Notes: generated by a model from the letters alone, not told the origin. A stretch of 55,134 nt of DNA from a virus (IMGVR_UViG_3300032294_001470:1-55134), one strand, 5' to 3'. Positions 8,315 to 17,707 are shown, numbered from the stretch's first letter. Translations and numbers: made by a program.

Positions 8315-9712
8315 TTACAGTTCAAACGTTACTTCATCGTCCTCAAACGTTTTCGCAAATTCTGATTCGGCTTTAGCTTGAGCTTGTTTTAATTGTTCAT
8401 CAGTTATTTCACCACTCTCAACTTTTGGTTGACAACTTAAACCATCAAGTCCTAGTGCCGCACATATTCCGGTAGTAAGTAAAAATGAAGACCCCATTCT
8501 ATCAACAATCACACCTCCCGGTGGTATTGGTTTAGGTGGTTTTTTCGCCCAAATGTCTTTAACTTTAGCTTTAAATCCTGATTTAGGTGTGGTAGGGTTT
8601 GGAGTTTTATTTTTTGCTGCTGCCACCATTTCATCCACCATCTGAGACACTTTTTGTTGAACTTTCGTTCCCCAAGATTGTAGAGATTTTATTCCTAATT
8701 TTTCACCTAAGAATTTAGCTGCTTGACCTATTAAGTTTTTTAAAGTACCAATTCCTGATTTTAATAAATTAAATGCTTTAAGAAAAATCCCTCCTTTACT
8801 TACTGCAGCCGTACCTAATTGTGCAAAAGATTTTATTCCTGCAAATGCGGTTTTAAATATTTTCCCCATTGAAGGTGCTAATATTGCAATTGCACTCGCC
8901 ATAATACTTATAATCTCCCAACCTTGACCTGTTAATCCCTTATAAGTGTCCCATAACAATAATGAACCAAAAATAACCCCATTTGTTATTTGACCAATAA
9001 CTGGTATTAAAGAAACACCCGTTAATGCTGCGGTACCTGAAGCACTGAAGACTAATTTTCTCATTCCTTCCATAATACATTCAATACCACTTTTAGTACA
9101 ATTCCATACGTCGGCAATTTTAGTTTTTACATACTCCCATACTTTACCGGCACTTTCTTTAGCCCACTGAGTAAACCCTTTTTGTTTAATCAATTTATCT
9201 TGGTCTTTAACCCATTCAGCACCTTGTTTAACAAGGTCTTTACCATAATTGTAAACATTTTTAGCACCTGTTTTAGCAATATCACCTACTTTATTAGCAA
9301 TATTTACAGGATTGTACCATTCACCTTGTTCAATAATTAATTTTATTGAATTCCACGAATCCACAACTCTTTGTTCTATAAGTAATTTATCAACTGACTC
9401 GTTAATTAATAATAATTTATTACCATGATTACTTTCCCATTCTTGAATTATTTTTATTGTATTTTCAGGTTTTAATGTTTCAATTAAAAAATACAAAAAT
9501 CTTCTTGGTTCGGATGTATATTCTGTTAATGAAATTGAACCTGTTTTATATTTGAAATTAAAATTTTCATTTATAATATCTAAAGCAATATTTAATGATT
9601 CAAAAGTATAAGGTACAAAGTTCCTTCCATTCAAATCATTTTGTTCAAAAGACATTTTTACAACTCCTTTATCGGTAAACAAATACCCCATATTTACAGA
9701 CATCCCTATCAT
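8315..9712 (-). CDS. Hypothetical protein with hydrophobic helical hairpin
   Basis: 465 aa; Ala/Gly/Lys-rich amphipathic helices; hydrophobic segments around IPVIGQI; TAATG-coupled to upstream gene. Confidence 0.8.
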   Translation of the reverse strand: MIGMSVNMGYLFTDKGVVKMSFEQNDLNGRNFVPYTFESLNIALDIINENFNFKYKTGSISLTEYTSEPRRFLYFLIETLKPENTIKIIQEWESNHGNKLLLINESVDKLLIEQRVVDSWNSIKLIIEQGEWYNPVNIANKVGDIAKTGAKNVYNYGKDLVKQGAEWVKDQDKLIKQKGFTQWAKESAGKVWEYVKTKIADVWNCTKSGIECIMEGMRKLVFSASGTAALTGVSLIPVIGQITNGVIFGSLLLWDTYKGLTGQGWEIISIMASAIAILAPSMGKIFKTAFAGIKSFAQLGTAAVSKGGIFLKAFNLLKSGIGTLKNLIGQAAKFLGEKLGIKSLQSWGTKVQQKVSQMVDEMVAAAKNKTPNPTTPKSGFKAKVKDIWAKKPPKPIPPGGVIVDRMGSSFLLTTGICAALGLDGLSCQPKVESGEITDEQLKQAQAKAESEFAKTFEDDEVTFEL

Positions 9713-10227
9713 TATATTTTACCGTATTTTAGTTCATCACTTGTTTTAACTTTACAAATACTAATATTTGTTTTACCTTGGCACCATGTCTCTATTTGTT
9801 CCGAAACTCTTTTAACTACCTCATTCATTTTCAATCTTCCAAACAATTCCCCATTTAATGCGTCAAATAATGATTCACCTCCTATTTCAGGGTACGATTT
9901 AATAATTGCCATTGAACTGGCGATGTCTTTAAAACCGTTGTCTAAAACATATGTTATTCCCTTAAAATCGGTTCCCATTCCACTAACAGCCTTTTTAATT
10001 TGGGTTGCAGCATTTTTAACATTTGCGGTTGGGTTGCCAAAATTTATGTTTTTAACTTGTGATGGGTTCTTCATTAGTGACTTTGTAACAGTTTTAAAAT
10101 ATTCCGGGTTGTTAACTTGTTCACTAAGTAATTTTCTATTTTCATTTAAAGTTTTTGACATATCATAAGACATCATCAATTTAACTCTCTCTAACGCTTC
10201 TTGCGGACTATAATTAGGTTGTACCAT
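9712..10227 (-). CDS. Annexin-repeat-like protein
   Basis: AATQIKKAVSGMGTD...SLFDALNGEL resembles the annexin (endonexin) A..L.KA..G.GTD...L...L..E pattern. Confidence 0.55.
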   Translation of the reverse strand: MVQPNYSPQEALERVKLMMSYDMSKTLNENRKLLSEQVNNPEYFKTVTKSLMKNPSQVKNINFGNPTANVKNAATQIKKAVSGMGTDFKGITYVLDNGFKDIASSMAIIKSYPEIGGESLFDALNGELFGRLKMNEVVKRVSEQIETWCQGKTNISICKVKTSDELKYGKI

Positions 10228-10255
10228 ATTTTTTTTATTTATAAATATCTTTTAT

Positions 10256-10486
10256 CTACCAAATTTGATTTGCGGAACCTCTTTTTATTCCCGTATTCCA
10301 TTTTTGTCCCGATTTCATTAATGGGTTTGCTTTACCTCTAGTTAAAGGATATGAGTCGGCCCATTTTGGGACACTTCCTCCACCTCCGGATGATGCGGAA
10401 GCATCATCTTGTTCGTCTAACTCATCTTTAAAGCCACCGGAATTTTTATTAAAAAAATCTATTAAAAAATCTACATCCAAATTCAT
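10256..10486 (-). CDS. Small hypothetical protein with internal duplicated motif
   Basis: KW....L/IxRGxAN motif twice; ATATTTAT upstream. Confidence 0.75.
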   Translation of the reverse strand: MNLDVDFLIDFFNKNSGGFKDELDEQDDASASSGGGGSVPKWADSYPLTRGKANPLMKSGQKWNTGIKRGSANQIW

Positions 10487-10534
10487 AACAATAAATATAT
10501 TATCAATTAGAAAAAAAAGTATTATATTTGCAGT

Positions 10535-11068
10535 ATGAAAAATTTATATATCCTTTTAATTTTGTTTTTATTCACTTCTTGTGAGAAATTTTCCCTTGAA
10601 ACCAGTGATGTTACTTTAAGTGGAAAATATGTTGTTTCAAAACTTGACATTACCAATGTCGACCAAAGTCAAACGAGAGATTCTTTATATACTATCGGTG
10701 ACACATATCTTAATAAAATGATGTCAGACCCTTTTGATTCAATGGTTATCAATCGTTTTTATATCCATTTTGATTACTCAACAGTACGAATGAATTTACA
10801 GGGAGTTAATCCAACGGGTAGGGATATATGGGAATATGGTTCATCACCCAATGAAATATTTTATAGAATCATCGGTAATAACACTTACAATAACGGGTTC
10901 TTACAATTTGATTATGTTGCGTCAGATAAATCCGTTAGGACTTTAACATTCTTAATTGAGGATGATGGATTTGAATCTCTTCAATTGAAAAGTGCTGGTG
11001 GTTGGTTTAGAGGAAAATTTGGTGAGAAACAAGTAATGACATTATATCTCACCAGAGTTGGACCTTAA
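10535..11068 (+). CDS. Lipoprotein (beta-rich, lipocalin-like)
   Basis: Signal peptide with lipobox LFTS-C; TATATTTG promoter upstream. Confidence 0.75.
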   Translation: MKNLYILLILFLFTSCEKFSLETSDVTLSGKYVVSKLDITNVDQSQTRDSLYTIGDTYLNKMMSDPFDSMVINRFYIHFDYSTVRMNLQGVNPTGRDIWEYGSSPNEIFYRIIGNNTYNNGFLQFDYVASDKSVRTLTFLIEDDGFESLQLKSAGGWFRGKFGEKQVMTLYLTRVGP

Positions 11069-11370
11069 TATAATTCTGTCTCAGGTAGTTCGTTTGAATT
11101 TACTTCGTAATATTCATTCAAAAAAGATAACAACTCATCTTCATTTAATTGGGTGAAATAATTTCTTTCCCATAACTCATCTTCATCGATTTCATCTTCT
11201 AATAAAATTTTGTCTTCGGATTCTACAGAAAACCCGTATTCACTAGCAACCGAAAAATTTATATTTCCGGTTCTTATTACATCATCATCGTCTTCGATTG
11301 TTCTAAAAGAAACTTCCAATATGTTTGTTTCTTGGTTTAAAAAATATGATACTATTTCTTTAATTTCCAT
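11065..11370 (-). CDS. Acidic hypothetical protein
   Basis: 101-aa ORF. Confidence 0.75.
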   Translation of the reverse strand: MEIKEIVSYFLNQETNILEVSFRTIEDDDDVIRTGNINFSVASEYGFSVESEDKILLEDEIDEDELWERNYFTQLNEDELLSFLNEYYEVNSNELPETELY

Positions 11371-11426
11371 GTTTAAATGTTTTTATTATAAAATATTCGA
11401 AAATTCGCCAAAAACCATTTTGACAT

Positions 11427-11453
11427 AAAAAAAACCCTCAATTTGAGGGTTTT
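11427..11453 (-). terminator. Intrinsic terminator
   Basis: A-run, AAAACCCTCA/TGAGGGTTTT hairpin just downstream of the 645-aa gene. Confidence 0.8.
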
Positions 11454-11459
11454 ATTTTT

Positions 11460-13397
11460 TTAATTGAATTTATTAATTCTGTTGAACATCTCCGAAATTT
11501 TATTCTTTTGGGTAATAAATGATTCTTTCATATCAACATCAATTTCTTCCCAATCATCATCTTCAGAGTCATCTCCTTCAAAATCCCCACTATGTGTTGC
11601 AAATCCGAAATCATCTTCAGAGTCATATTCCTCCAATTCACTTTCATATGAAAATTCTTGGTAAGGACCTCCTTTACCTGGTCCCTCACTATCAAAATCA
11701 TATGCTCTTTTCATACTACCATAAATTCCTTGAGACCCTGAAACATCTTGTTCGTCCATTTCTTCTTCAATTTCATCGTCAGCCCATGCAGATTCCATAG
11801 TTTCATACATTTTTTCAGGGTCATATCCATACATGTCATCTTCATTAACCGGATATACACCTAATGGTCCGTTAGATTCAAAATCATATGCTGGTTGAAC
11901 ATCATCAACATCCATATCATCAACATTTCCCTCTTGTTCGTCTAAATCTGAGATATAATCCTCGACATCTCTATCTGGGAACAAGTAGTTTGATTTTTTT
12001 CCTCTAAATTTAAAATGAGGATTTGAATTATCCTCATAATCAATTCTATCCACGAATTCAATATCATCTTCATAATCAGGGTTATACTTTGGAAAGTATT
12101 TGTATTTACTACCTTTACTTAATTTGTCAACCTCAATTTCATCAAGATTCATATCTTCAAATCCATCATCTTCATTATCCGGGTCATCAACACCATCTTC
12201 AGTGTAAGATGATTCATAATCTTGGAAATCATTATCATCATCATAATATGGGTCATACATACTTCGGTCTTTATAATCGTCATTACTAACTTGTTCAGTT
12301 TTAATTTTTTTCATGTGATGAGCTTTTTCAAATGTCCCATAGTCGTTTCCACCACCTTCAACATAATCGAAATCACCTTTTGTTAAGTTCAAATCATGCA
12401 CATTATAAATGTCATCCAAATGTCCGGTTTCTTCCTCCATTCTTCCTGAACCACATTGCTCACAAACATTTTCTTTCATGGTGCCACCACATTGTTCACA
12501 AACTTCTTTGAGTTTATTTTTACCAATAATCACATCGTCAATAACAATTTGTTCTGTCCTATCTTTTCTTAAGTTTTTAAAGTCATTTTCTTTACCCTTA
12601 GTTTTACCACCAAGTACATCAATAACGACCATATCTTTTTCTTCGTTTCTATCTTTTCGTAAATTTTTTAATTTATCAGTAGTTTTACCACCAAGTACAT
12701 CATCACTATGTCTATATTTAGTTTTGTATGATGGCATGTCACGAGGCATTCTTAGTTCAGGATAATATTCTTCTTCATCGTCATCACCATAGTATGGGTC
12801 ATACATACTTCTGTCTTTATATTCTTCATCGTCATCATCACCTAAACCATATTTAGTATTACCATAGTCAATATCATCTTCAAAAGAATCTTCATAATCT
12901 CTATCACCCATCAACATGTCTTTTTCTCTTCTAGACATTTTAGAAAGGTTTTTATTACCGAACCTTGGGTGTCCGTCATCCATACCACCAAGTTCCATAA
13001 CTTCACCCTTCGCACCACATTGTTCGCAAGTCTCACCTTCTTTCATTTCACCACCACATTGTTCGCACATATTACCTTCTTCCATTTCCGACTCTTCCAT
13101 ATGTCCATAATTACATTCAGAACAAACACCATCCATAATCATTGCACCACACTCATCACAAACTTCGTTATTCTCAACTTGTTCGTTAATTCCCATGTTT
13201 GTGTATTTCTTAACTTCACCCTTATTATTAACAACCATACCATCTTTATCGCCAGCAAAATCATAAACATATAATGGTTGAGTGTTTGATACCTGTGGTT
13301 GCATTGTTTGGTATCCGTTATATAAACTTTTATGTTGGTTCAAAATATCTTGTTTTTCACTTGCAGATAATTGACCTAATCCAAAATAACCTCTCAT
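11460..13397 (-). CDS. Very acidic low-complexity protein with repeated CxxCG knuckles
   Basis: 645 aa; six CxxC motifs (CDECG, CSEC, 4x CEQCG); internal repeats YKDRSMYDPYY, DVLGGKT, KNLRKDR, AYDFxSxGP. Confidence 0.85.
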   Translation of the reverse strand: MRGYFGLGQLSASEKQDILNQHKSLYNGYQTMQPQVSNTQPLYVYDFAGDKDGMVVNNKGEVKKYTNMGINEQVENNEVCDECGAMIMDGVCSECNYGHMEESEMEEGNMCEQCGGEMKEGETCEQCGAKGEVMELGGMDDGHPRFGNKNLSKMSRREKDMLMGDRDYEDSFEDDIDYGNTKYGLGDDDDEEYKDRSMYDPYYGDDDEEEYYPELRMPRDMPSYKTKYRHSDDVLGGKTTDKLKNLRKDRNEEKDMVVIDVLGGKTKGKENDFKNLRKDRTEQIVIDDVIIGKNKLKEVCEQCGGTMKENVCEQCGSGRMEEETGHLDDIYNVHDLNLTKGDFDYVEGGGNDYGTFEKAHHMKKIKTEQVSNDDYKDRSMYDPYYDDDNDFQDYESSYTEDGVDDPDNEDDGFEDMNLDEIEVDKLSKGSKYKYFPKYNPDYEDDIEFVDRIDYEDNSNPHFKFRGKKSNYLFPDRDVEDYISDLDEQEGNVDDMDVDDVQPAYDFESNGPLGVYPVNEDDMYGYDPEKMYETMESAWADDEIEEEMDEQDVSGSQGIYGSMKRAYDFDSEGPGKGGPYQEFSYESELEEYDSEDDFGFATHSGDFEGDDSEDDDWEEIDVDMKESFITQKNKISEMFNRINKFN

Positions 13398-13441
13398 AAT
13401 TTAATTTTAATAATAAATACTTCTAAATCTACATTTATCGT

Positions 13442-13470
13442 TTGACAAAGTCGAAACTTGAGTTTATTAT
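13442..13470 (+). promoter_or_regulatory. Sigma70-like promoter TTGACA-N17-TATTAT
   Basis: TTGACA 13442-13447 and TATTAT 13465-13470; predicted start ~13477 coincides with the base of a hairpin. Confidence 0.6.
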
Positions 13471-13476
13471 TATATT

Positions 13477-13555
13477 GTCAGTGAGAGTTCTCAACATATT
13501 TGATAGTATCTTGGTAACTTACTTTCGCCGAAAAAGGGCTCTCCTGATTTTTTCT
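13477..13555 (+). ncRNA. Candidate trans-acting antisense sRNA
   Basis: Stem TCAG-T-GAGAGTTC / GGGCTCTC-CTGA followed by T6. Loop 13493-13516 is complementary to the start-codon regions of minus-strand genes starting at 36838 and 42581. Confidence 0.6.
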
Positions 13556-13571
13556 CACAATTTTTTTCAAG

Positions 13572-13826
13572 ATGAATATTAAAGGATACGATATTAATGA
13601 AATTGCCGAAGGTGCTGTTATATTAGATGGATTAGATTCCGCGATAATTGGTGTCATTGAGGAATTTGGTCGAGACAATCGAATCCTATATTCAAAAAAT
13701 AAAATCATAGAAATTCTATCCGAGAGAGATGGTATGGATTGGGAGGACGCCGAAGAATTTTATGGTTACAATATTTTGGGTCTTTACGCCGGAGAACAAA
13801 ATCCAGTTTTTTTAATTACGGAATAA
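13572..13826 (+). CDS. Conserved phage hypothetical protein
   Basis: DGLDSAIIG...Y...AEEF..YNI.G.Y.GE..P.F pattern common in phages. Confidence 0.8.
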   Translation: MNIKGYDINEIAEGAVILDGLDSAIIGVIEEFGRDNRILYSKNKIIEILSERDGMDWEDAEEFYGYNILGLYAGEQNPVFLITE

Positions 13827-13866
13827 CTAAAAAAAATTTATTATATTTGCATCAAAATTGTAAATA

Positions 13867-14367
13867 ATGAATATATTCTTTTTAGATTATGATGTTGAAA
13901 AATGTGCTCAATATCATTGTGACAAGCATGTTGTTAAAATGATACTTGAAACCGCCCAATTATTGTGCGGTGTTCATCATATAACCGACCAAGTAACCGA
14001 CCAAGTAACCGACCAAGTACCCTACAAGTTGTCACATAAAAACCATCCTTGTGCGATATGGTCTCGGGAATCATTAACCAATTATTTGTATCTATGTGAA
14101 CTGGGTTTAGCTCTTTGTAAAGAATATACCCATAGATATGGAAAACGACATAAGTCTCAAGATGTTATTGAGTGGTGTGTCACAAATAAAGTCAATATTT
14201 GTGACAAAGGTTTCACCGAACCTCCAAAGGCAATGCCGGATGAATATAAAGTTAAATCGGTGATTCAATCTTATAGAAATTATTATGTTGGAGCAAAATC
14301 ATCATTTGCAAAATGGAAAAATAGAGAAATTCCACAATGGTTTAAATTAGAAGAAGAATTAGTATGA
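13867..14367 (+). CDS. Pyrimidine-dimer DNA glycosylase / DenV-like protein
   Basis: MNIFFLD, HCDKHVVKMILETAQLL, HKNHPC, EYTHRYGKRH, AMPDEYK, YRNYY. Confidence 0.8.
   Translation: MNIFFLDYDVEKCAQYHCDKHVVKMILETAQLLCGVHHITDQVTDQVTDQVPYKLSHKNHPCAIWSRESLTNYLYLCELGLALCKEYTHRYGKRHKSQDVIEWCVTNKVNICDKGFTEPPKAMPDEYKVKSVIQSYRNYYVGAKSSFAKWKNREIPQWFKLEEELV
13982..14019 (+). repeat. 12-bp tandem repeat x3 (TAACCGACCAAG), in frame
   Basis: Encodes TDQV x3 inside the glycosylase. Confidence 0.9.
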
Positions 14368-14825
14368 AAGTATTCAAAGAAATTGAAAGAAAGTTTTTAT
14401 TAAAAAGATTCCCAAGACTTGAAAAAATAAATAATGTTTTTCAAATTGAGCAATGGTATCACTCGGATGGTTATCGTTATAGAAAACAGGTTGAAGTTCC
14501 GACAAACGAACTCAAAATTTTCAAAACAAAAAAAACCAATATATCAAAAGGAATAAATCAAGAAGAAGAAACCACTTTAACCATATTTGAATTTAATGAA
14601 TTGGACTTATCAAACTCATTACACATAAATAAGACAAGAACGGTCATCAAATACAAAGGTAAAAATTTTGAGATTGATAAATATGAGGGAATAAATATTG
14701 TAATACTTGAAGTTGAATTAAACGACATCAATGAAAAAATAGAATTTCCAAAGTATCTTGAGAGAGAAATTTTATATGAAGTTACCGGGATAAAAGAATT
14801 TAGTAATAAAAAACTAGCCGAATAA
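14364..14825 (+). CDS. CYTH-domain (triphosphate tunnel metalloenzyme) protein
   Basis: EIERKFL, YRYR, KTR, FEID, EVE, EVTG...SN motifs. Confidence 0.88.
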   Translation: MKVFKEIERKFLLKRFPRLEKINNVFQIEQWYHSDGYRYRKQVEVPTNELKIFKTKKTNISKGINQEEETTLTIFEFNELDLSNSLHINKTRTVIKYKGKNFEIDKYEGINIVILEVELNDINEKIEFPKYLEREILYEVTGIKEFSNKKLAE

Positions 14826-14848
14826 AATTTTTTTATTATATTTGTGGT

Positions 14849-15499
14849 ATGATTAAGATAGAAAAAAATAGAAAAGTTTTTATTACTTCGGATACTCACT
14901 ACGGACACAAAAATATTTGTAGAGGAGTGACCGAATGGCGTCTCCCTGATGGTAGTATTCCAATATCTCAAACCAGAGATTTTGACACCATTGAAAAAAT
15001 GAATGAAAAAATAATTAAGACCATTAACTCAATTGTTGGTGAGGATGATGTTTTAATTCACTTGGGAGACTGGTCATTTGGTGGATTTGAGAATGTTCAA
15101 AAATTCAGAGATAGAATTCTGTGTAAAGAGATTCGTCTTATATTAGGTAATCACGATACACATATCGAAAATGACCGATACAATGTTCAGGAATTATTTA
15201 CAAGTGTTACCCATTACACAAAATTGATGTATAAGTTCAAAACATTTGTATTATCTCACTATCCAATCTCGTCTTGGGACGGACTAAATAAAGGTCACAT
15301 CCATCTTCACGGACATGTTCACCTACCAACTGAATTGAGATTCGGTAAAGGTAAAAAAATGGATGTTGGTATGGATGGTCACCCAACTTTTGGGATATAT
15401 GATATGGATGATATCATAAGAATAATGGATAAACGCGAGATTATGTCAGATATGTTATTTGACCACCACACAGACGAAATAAAAGGAATTGTAGGGTAA
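14849..15499 (+). CDS. Calcineurin-like metallophosphoesterase
   Basis: SDTHYGH, HLGD, GNHD, SHYP, HGHVH, DVGMD. Confidence 0.9.
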   Translation: MIKIEKNRKVFITSDTHYGHKNICRGVTEWRLPDGSIPISQTRDFDTIEKMNEKIIKTINSIVGEDDVLIHLGDWSFGGFENVQKFRDRILCKEIRLILGNHDTHIENDRYNVQELFTSVTHYTKLMYKFKTFVLSHYPISSWDGLNKGHIHLHGHVHLPTELRFGKGKKMDVGMDGHPTFGIYDMDDIIRIMDKREIMSDMLFDHHTDEIKGIVG

Positions 15500-15837
15500 T
15501 GGAAACGAAAATTTATTACAAACCACCGAAACAAGAATACTTCGATGATTTGAAATCCTCATGTATTCGATATTGGAAAACATTTGACAATGATTTTGGT
15601 TATACAGATGAAAAAATCAAAACATTGGAGTCATTGGAAAATGTTGGTGGTAATTTTATGACGATGGTAAAAATGATTCATCCATTGGCGTGGGAAGTAA
15701 TTGCGGAACTAGTGACTTTGGAAACTAGAGTTCATATTAGTGTAAGATTAGAAGATGGAGGAGATAGTTTAGAAACAGATTTTTTTAATATTTGGGGAAA
15801 AAATAAATCAAAGGAAAAATATGGTCAGCTCAATTAA
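15499..15837 (+). CDS. Hypothetical protein
   Basis: 112 aa; TAATG-coupled. Confidence 0.75.
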   Translation: METKIYYKPPKQEYFDDLKSSCIRYWKTFDNDFGYTDEKIKTLESLENVGGNFMTMVKMIHPLAWEVIAELVTLETRVHISVRLEDGGDSLETDFFNIWGKNKSKEKYGQLN

Positions 15838-16096
15838 ACTTGGTAATTTAACAATCAAAGGTGTTTTCAGACATCAATGGGATAATCTTGAATCCGATAG
15901 AATATTTCATAGGATTAAATGGAAAACAAAAGAAATTGGTGTTTTCTTTAGAAAAGATTTATGTGTTGGGACCGATAAAAAAGGTAAGAAAATGTTTGAT
16001 GAAGGTAATCTTAGACCATCGTATATGTTTGGCGTTCGGTTCATTTGGTTTAAAATGTGGATTGAAATTTCTTGGAAAGTATTACATTTAAAATAA
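15821..16096 (+). CDS. Hypothetical protein
   Basis: 91 aa in operon. Confidence 0.65.
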   Translation: MVSSIKLGNLTIKGVFRHQWDNLESDRIFHRIKWKTKEIGVFFRKDLCVGTDKKGKKMFDEGNLRPSYMFGVRFIWFKMWIEISWKVLHLK

Positions 16097-16104
16097 AAAA
16101 AAAT

Positions 16105-16977
16105 ATGTCAAGATTAGATAAATTAAAACAACAACATCCTGAATTTAATATATCCATTATCGATTTAATGGGTAAGATTGACCCAACTGATACATACAAA
16201 TACACCGAGTTTTTAATAAAACAATTAAAAGAATGGTTTGAGGGTAAAACCCATGAGGAAACTCAATTGATTATGGGAGCTGAACTGATTGGTGAAGATA
16301 ATGTTGTAACTCTAAATGAATTTGAAATTCATTGCGGGGCAGGTAGAATCAAAAAAAACGATATAGGACAACATTCAGGGTTTCGTTCCCTTAAAGATTC
16401 AGTTAAAAAAGCGGAACAAATCCAAAAACAAAAAGATACGGAAAAACAAGTAATAAAATTACTTGATAATGATGAATATTGTGTTGTTATCCCATTAAGT
16501 TACGATGCTTCAAAAGTTTATGGTTCAAATACAAAATGGTGTACCACTCAAGAAAGATATTGGAATGATTATATCGACAAATACAAATTAATTTACATTA
16601 TCGATAGGCTCAATAACGACAAATACGCTGTCTCAATTAAAAAAGGAGACTCAAGTAAAATTCAAGGTTGGCTAGCTGACGATAAAGAAGTTAGTCCTTT
16701 AACTCTCCCAATATCTGTTGATGTTATCAACATAATTGTTTCCGAGATTAAAAAAGATGAAACCATTATGGATTTAGAAGACTACAAAAAAATTCATTCA
16801 AAAATAAATGAATCAAAATCAAAAATAGATGTGGGTAATCAATATCACGATAGTATTTTAGAAATGATGAATCAATATATTACAGGAATTGACACAGGTT
16901 TTAGACCTAATAACCAATACAATACTTCTTATTCTGAATATCTTAATGATGGCGGGCTTTATCGACGAAGAAACTAA
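16105..16977 (+). CDS. PcfJ-like 'YG..TKWCTT' protein
   Basis: PLSYDASKVYGSNTKWCTT; paralog of 28106-29116. Start moved to MSRLD by comparison with paralog MSRLN. Confidence 0.75.
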   Translation: MSRLDKLKQQHPEFNISIIDLMGKIDPTDTYKYTEFLIKQLKEWFEGKTHEETQLIMGAELIGEDNVVTLNEFEIHCGAGRIKKNDIGQHSGFRSLKDSVKKAEQIQKQKDTEKQVIKLLDNDEYCVVIPLSYDASKVYGSNTKWCTTQERYWNDYIDKYKLIYIIDRLNNDKYAVSIKKGDSSKIQGWLADDKEVSPLTLPISVDVINIIVSEIKKDETIMDLEDYKKIHSKINESKSKIDVGNQYHDSILEMMNQYITGIDTGFRPNNQYNTSYSEYLNDGGLYRRRN

Positions 16978-16980
16978 ATT

Positions 16981-17178
16981 ATGAAAGAATGTAAAGAATG
17001 CCCTTGGAGGGTAATGAACAAACACAACGAAACAATTATTGGTTTTTCAAAAAGAACCGATAAACCACACAATTGTCATATGACAAAGAATGGTGGTGAG
17101 AAATTGTGGGATGTCGATGAAAAAACAAAATGTCGAGGAAGATTAAATTATGAAAAAAAAAATAGTCATTTAATTTAA
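16981..17178 (+). CDS. Small Cys/His-rich putative metal-binding protein
   Basis: CKECPW...HNCH...CRG. Confidence 0.7.
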   Translation: MKECKECPWRVMNKHNETIIGFSKRTDKPHNCHMTKNGGEKLWDVDEKTKCRGRLNYEKKNSHLI

Positions 17179-17202
17179 ATTTATTATCTTTGTTAAAAAA
17201 TT

Positions 17203-17703
17203 ATGTCTTATAAACTAATCATGTTAAGTTCACCAATACTCATCAACGACCAAAATGATGATTATAAAGAATATGATTGGAATAATTTGAATTATTCCGA
17301 TTTTGACGACAATTCTGGTGTGATTGTTTCAGGATTTGGTTTACCTCAACTACCGAGATTGGATTTATCTAAATTAACTACTGACGAATGTATAAGTATT
17401 GGGTGGATTGATAATGGGTGGATTGAGGAAACCTCTAATCTTCTCAATGATGAGATAATAAAAAAAGTATCAAGACTTTGTTTGACTTCAGGTCATTCCA
17501 AGACCAGAGTTATGAATAAAGATAAATTTTTATTAGATTTTGAAGACATGAGAAAAATTATCCTTATGTCGAGAATTAGGAATTACAACACGACTCCGAG
17601 ATATTCTTTTGATGAAATAATTTCTTCGTGTTGTAAACCTAAAATGTTTGATGTTGAAGTTGAATTTGAAGATGATAAATGTGTAATAACCAAACTTATA
17701 TAA
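17203..17703 (+). CDS. Hypothetical protein
   Basis: 166 aa; TATCTTTG upstream. Confidence 0.7.
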   Translation: MSYKLIMLSSPILINDQNDDYKEYDWNNLNYSDFDDNSGVIVSGFGLPQLPRLDLSKLTTDECISIGWIDNGWIEETSNLLNDEIIKKVSRLCLTSGHSKTRVMNKDKFLLDFEDMRKIILMSRIRNYNTTPRYSFDEIISSCCKPKMFDVEVEFEDDKCVITKLI

Positions 17704-17707
17704 TATA

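Noticed and set aside
7452-13274. Numerous plus-strand ORFs (e.g. 7858-8376, 9641-10168, 12409-12765) and similar antisense ORFs elsewhere
   Set aside because: Shadows of longer opposite-strand genes with atypical composition.
13478-13708. 76-aa minus-strand ORF across the sRNA candidate
   Set aside because: Antisense to a conserved plus-strand gene, with no promoter motif or recognisable features.
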